Positions 62,173 through 64,000 of a stretch of 64,000 nt of DNA are shown piece after piece. How positions within the stretch are numbered: position 1 is the stretch's first letter; every line of letters begins with the position of its first letter. The notes beneath the pieces are model-generated. The model had not been told where the DNA came from, made no database searches, and saw only the letters and a program-made list of their open reading frames with translations. The position numbers and the translations under genes are program-made. Source of the stretch: Callorhinchus milii (Eukaryota); NCBI RefSeq assembly GCF_018977255.1, contig NW_024704743.1:109432001-109496000 (forward strand). Reading direction: 5' to 3'.

Positions 62173-64000
62173 TAAGGAATACTTTAAAAATGACTGCAAA
62201 TTCCACAACATAATGTGGGTATCAAACTTTTGGGCAACATAAATAATTAATATCTCCCCAGAATTTACAAAGTGCAAAAGCATGTTAGAATGTGGGAGCT
62301 GTACCAGACCCTCCCTTTTAATACATCCTTGTCAAAACCCTCTCCAGATTGTCTATAAAAATTTAACAGCACAATGGGTCTTCAATGGAGCAAACATTTA
62401 TTCAAGTTCTGAAAGTACAAGTTATTTTGAATGGGATTGAAGAAGTAAACCCAGCTATGAATTTGGTAAATGACCGCTTTTAACAATCTGGGAGATTGTC
62501 GGCTAGCGCACTGGGAGAAACTCTTCTCTTTGCATGATACTTAACCCCCCCTCTTTAAAAGTTGAAGCGAGTAGCAGAGCTTTCCAAGAATCTAGCCACC
62601 CTCTGTGTTAATGTCACTTTTTCCTATCCTCCCATTTAAATCTTTGTGATTAATTGCTTGCTCTCTCCATTGCTGAACAAATCTGTTAATAATACGAGGG
62701 GAGCACTCCAAGGACTTGGTGAAACCACAGCTCAATATTTTCTGAAGTTATTTGACTGGCATCAATGTCTGCTTCCAGCCCCTCTAACATTTAGTAGTGC
62801 GACACCTTTCTTCCATCAAACTCCCTCTACCCCTTCCCCTTACACCATCCCCTGTCTACACGGCTAATTTATTTCTTGCACGGTCCATTCGTTTTGGAGC
62901 CAGATGAAACACTTGTGTCTAAAGTTTCAATATTCTGCCCTTCTCCAAGCCCCAAGTGAATACAGAAAGATAAAAAAAATATCAATAACAATCATTTGAG
63001 TGGCAGGTTGTAGCTCCCTTATTGACTGCAAGTCCTTGAGTAATCTCTATTCCGGACGTCTCCATCATTTCCTTGGTGACATTGTTGATATCTTCTTGGC
63101 AGCGCTTTGAGCAGGATTTTATTCTTGCTTGAAAATTTGCCAAAGCAATAAATGGGACAAAGAGATTCATGCGATCAATCCTCACAAGTTATTCTCTGTC
63201 AGCTACCTCATCTCCCTCCTACATCCCTGCCCCCTTAGCTCCCACATTGGTTGGCCGAGCACTCCATCTCTAGAAAGCACCTCAAGATGTTTAACTTGGT
63301 GAAAGGTACTAAGTGTATAAGTGCACGTTATTGTTGTTGTTACTCTTTTTCAGTCAGATCTCGTTATAATGCAGGCTGGTATAGGGTCCATCAGCTTGTA
63401 GCATCGTTGCAAACTACTGGCCTCTGGCATTGACTGACTGACTTCCTGAGCTGCACATAATTTGTCTGTCTGCAGCTCAAAGGAAGTGATGTCAGCAGTG
63501 TGTAGGGCAGTGCAGAAGAAATTATATCAACGGGGCCATTTCTATAGGATGTCTAGGGCTATAACTGGTGCAAGATCATTATAATTTGTAGATCTGAGTT
63601 TATGGATCCAAAGCACCACATTATAATAGCGTCCAAATGTATTCAGTGCTTCCAGTGCTTCATCTCTAAATTCTGAATGAGTACTGGGCACCTCATTATT
63701 GTAAGAAATAAACTATCAGCAGTATATTGGGAATCAAAGCCTTTGTTCTGCTAGACCTGAGCTTTTTTTTTATCTTGTAAGAAAAGAGGGTTCATGGGAT
63801 CAGAGGTTACCCCTTAAAATCATGACAGATCCCATTTCACCATTTTAACCTTTGATACCCAGACTCAGAAATTGTTTTATCTATCTCCTCCTATCTTCAA
63901 ACCTGTATAAACACCTATCTTTTTGAATATGCTTTCATCCACTCATCCACACACACACCACTTGAATCATTTGACTGAATATTTTTGAGAAAGTCAAAGC

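Overview
Vertebrate genomic DNA. The SINE/LINE repertoire (tRNA-headed Deu-type SINEs, L2 and CR1 LINEs, a Penelope-like remnant) suggests a cartilaginous fish, probably a chimaera; this is inference. Bases 2.8-15.3 kb hold the last 14 coding exons of SGK3 (PX-domain AGC kinase) on the + strand. All introns are GT-AG with consistent phases, the stop is at 15291-15293, and the N-terminal exons were not found (presumably upstream). The remaining ~46 kb has no host gene I can recognise and is dense in mobile DNA. It includes a TSD-flanked solo LTR with an internal 32-bp minisatellite (18794-19545) and a ~3.4-kb TSD-flanked single-ORF L2 LINE that is only two 1-bp indels from intact (23913-27345). 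There are also several truncated L2 copies, two SINE families sharing the L2 3' stem-loop, a hAT MITE with 8-bp TSD, CR1 fragments and an unclassified ~200-bp repeat in 4 copies. Nearly all ORFs in the supplied track are spurious or repeat-derived. I found no clearly new biological system. The best leads are the near-intact L2 with 5'/3' complementarity, the LINE-SINE tail covariation and tail capture, the solo LTR, and two ETS-motif hairpins near 61.2 and 63.4 kb.
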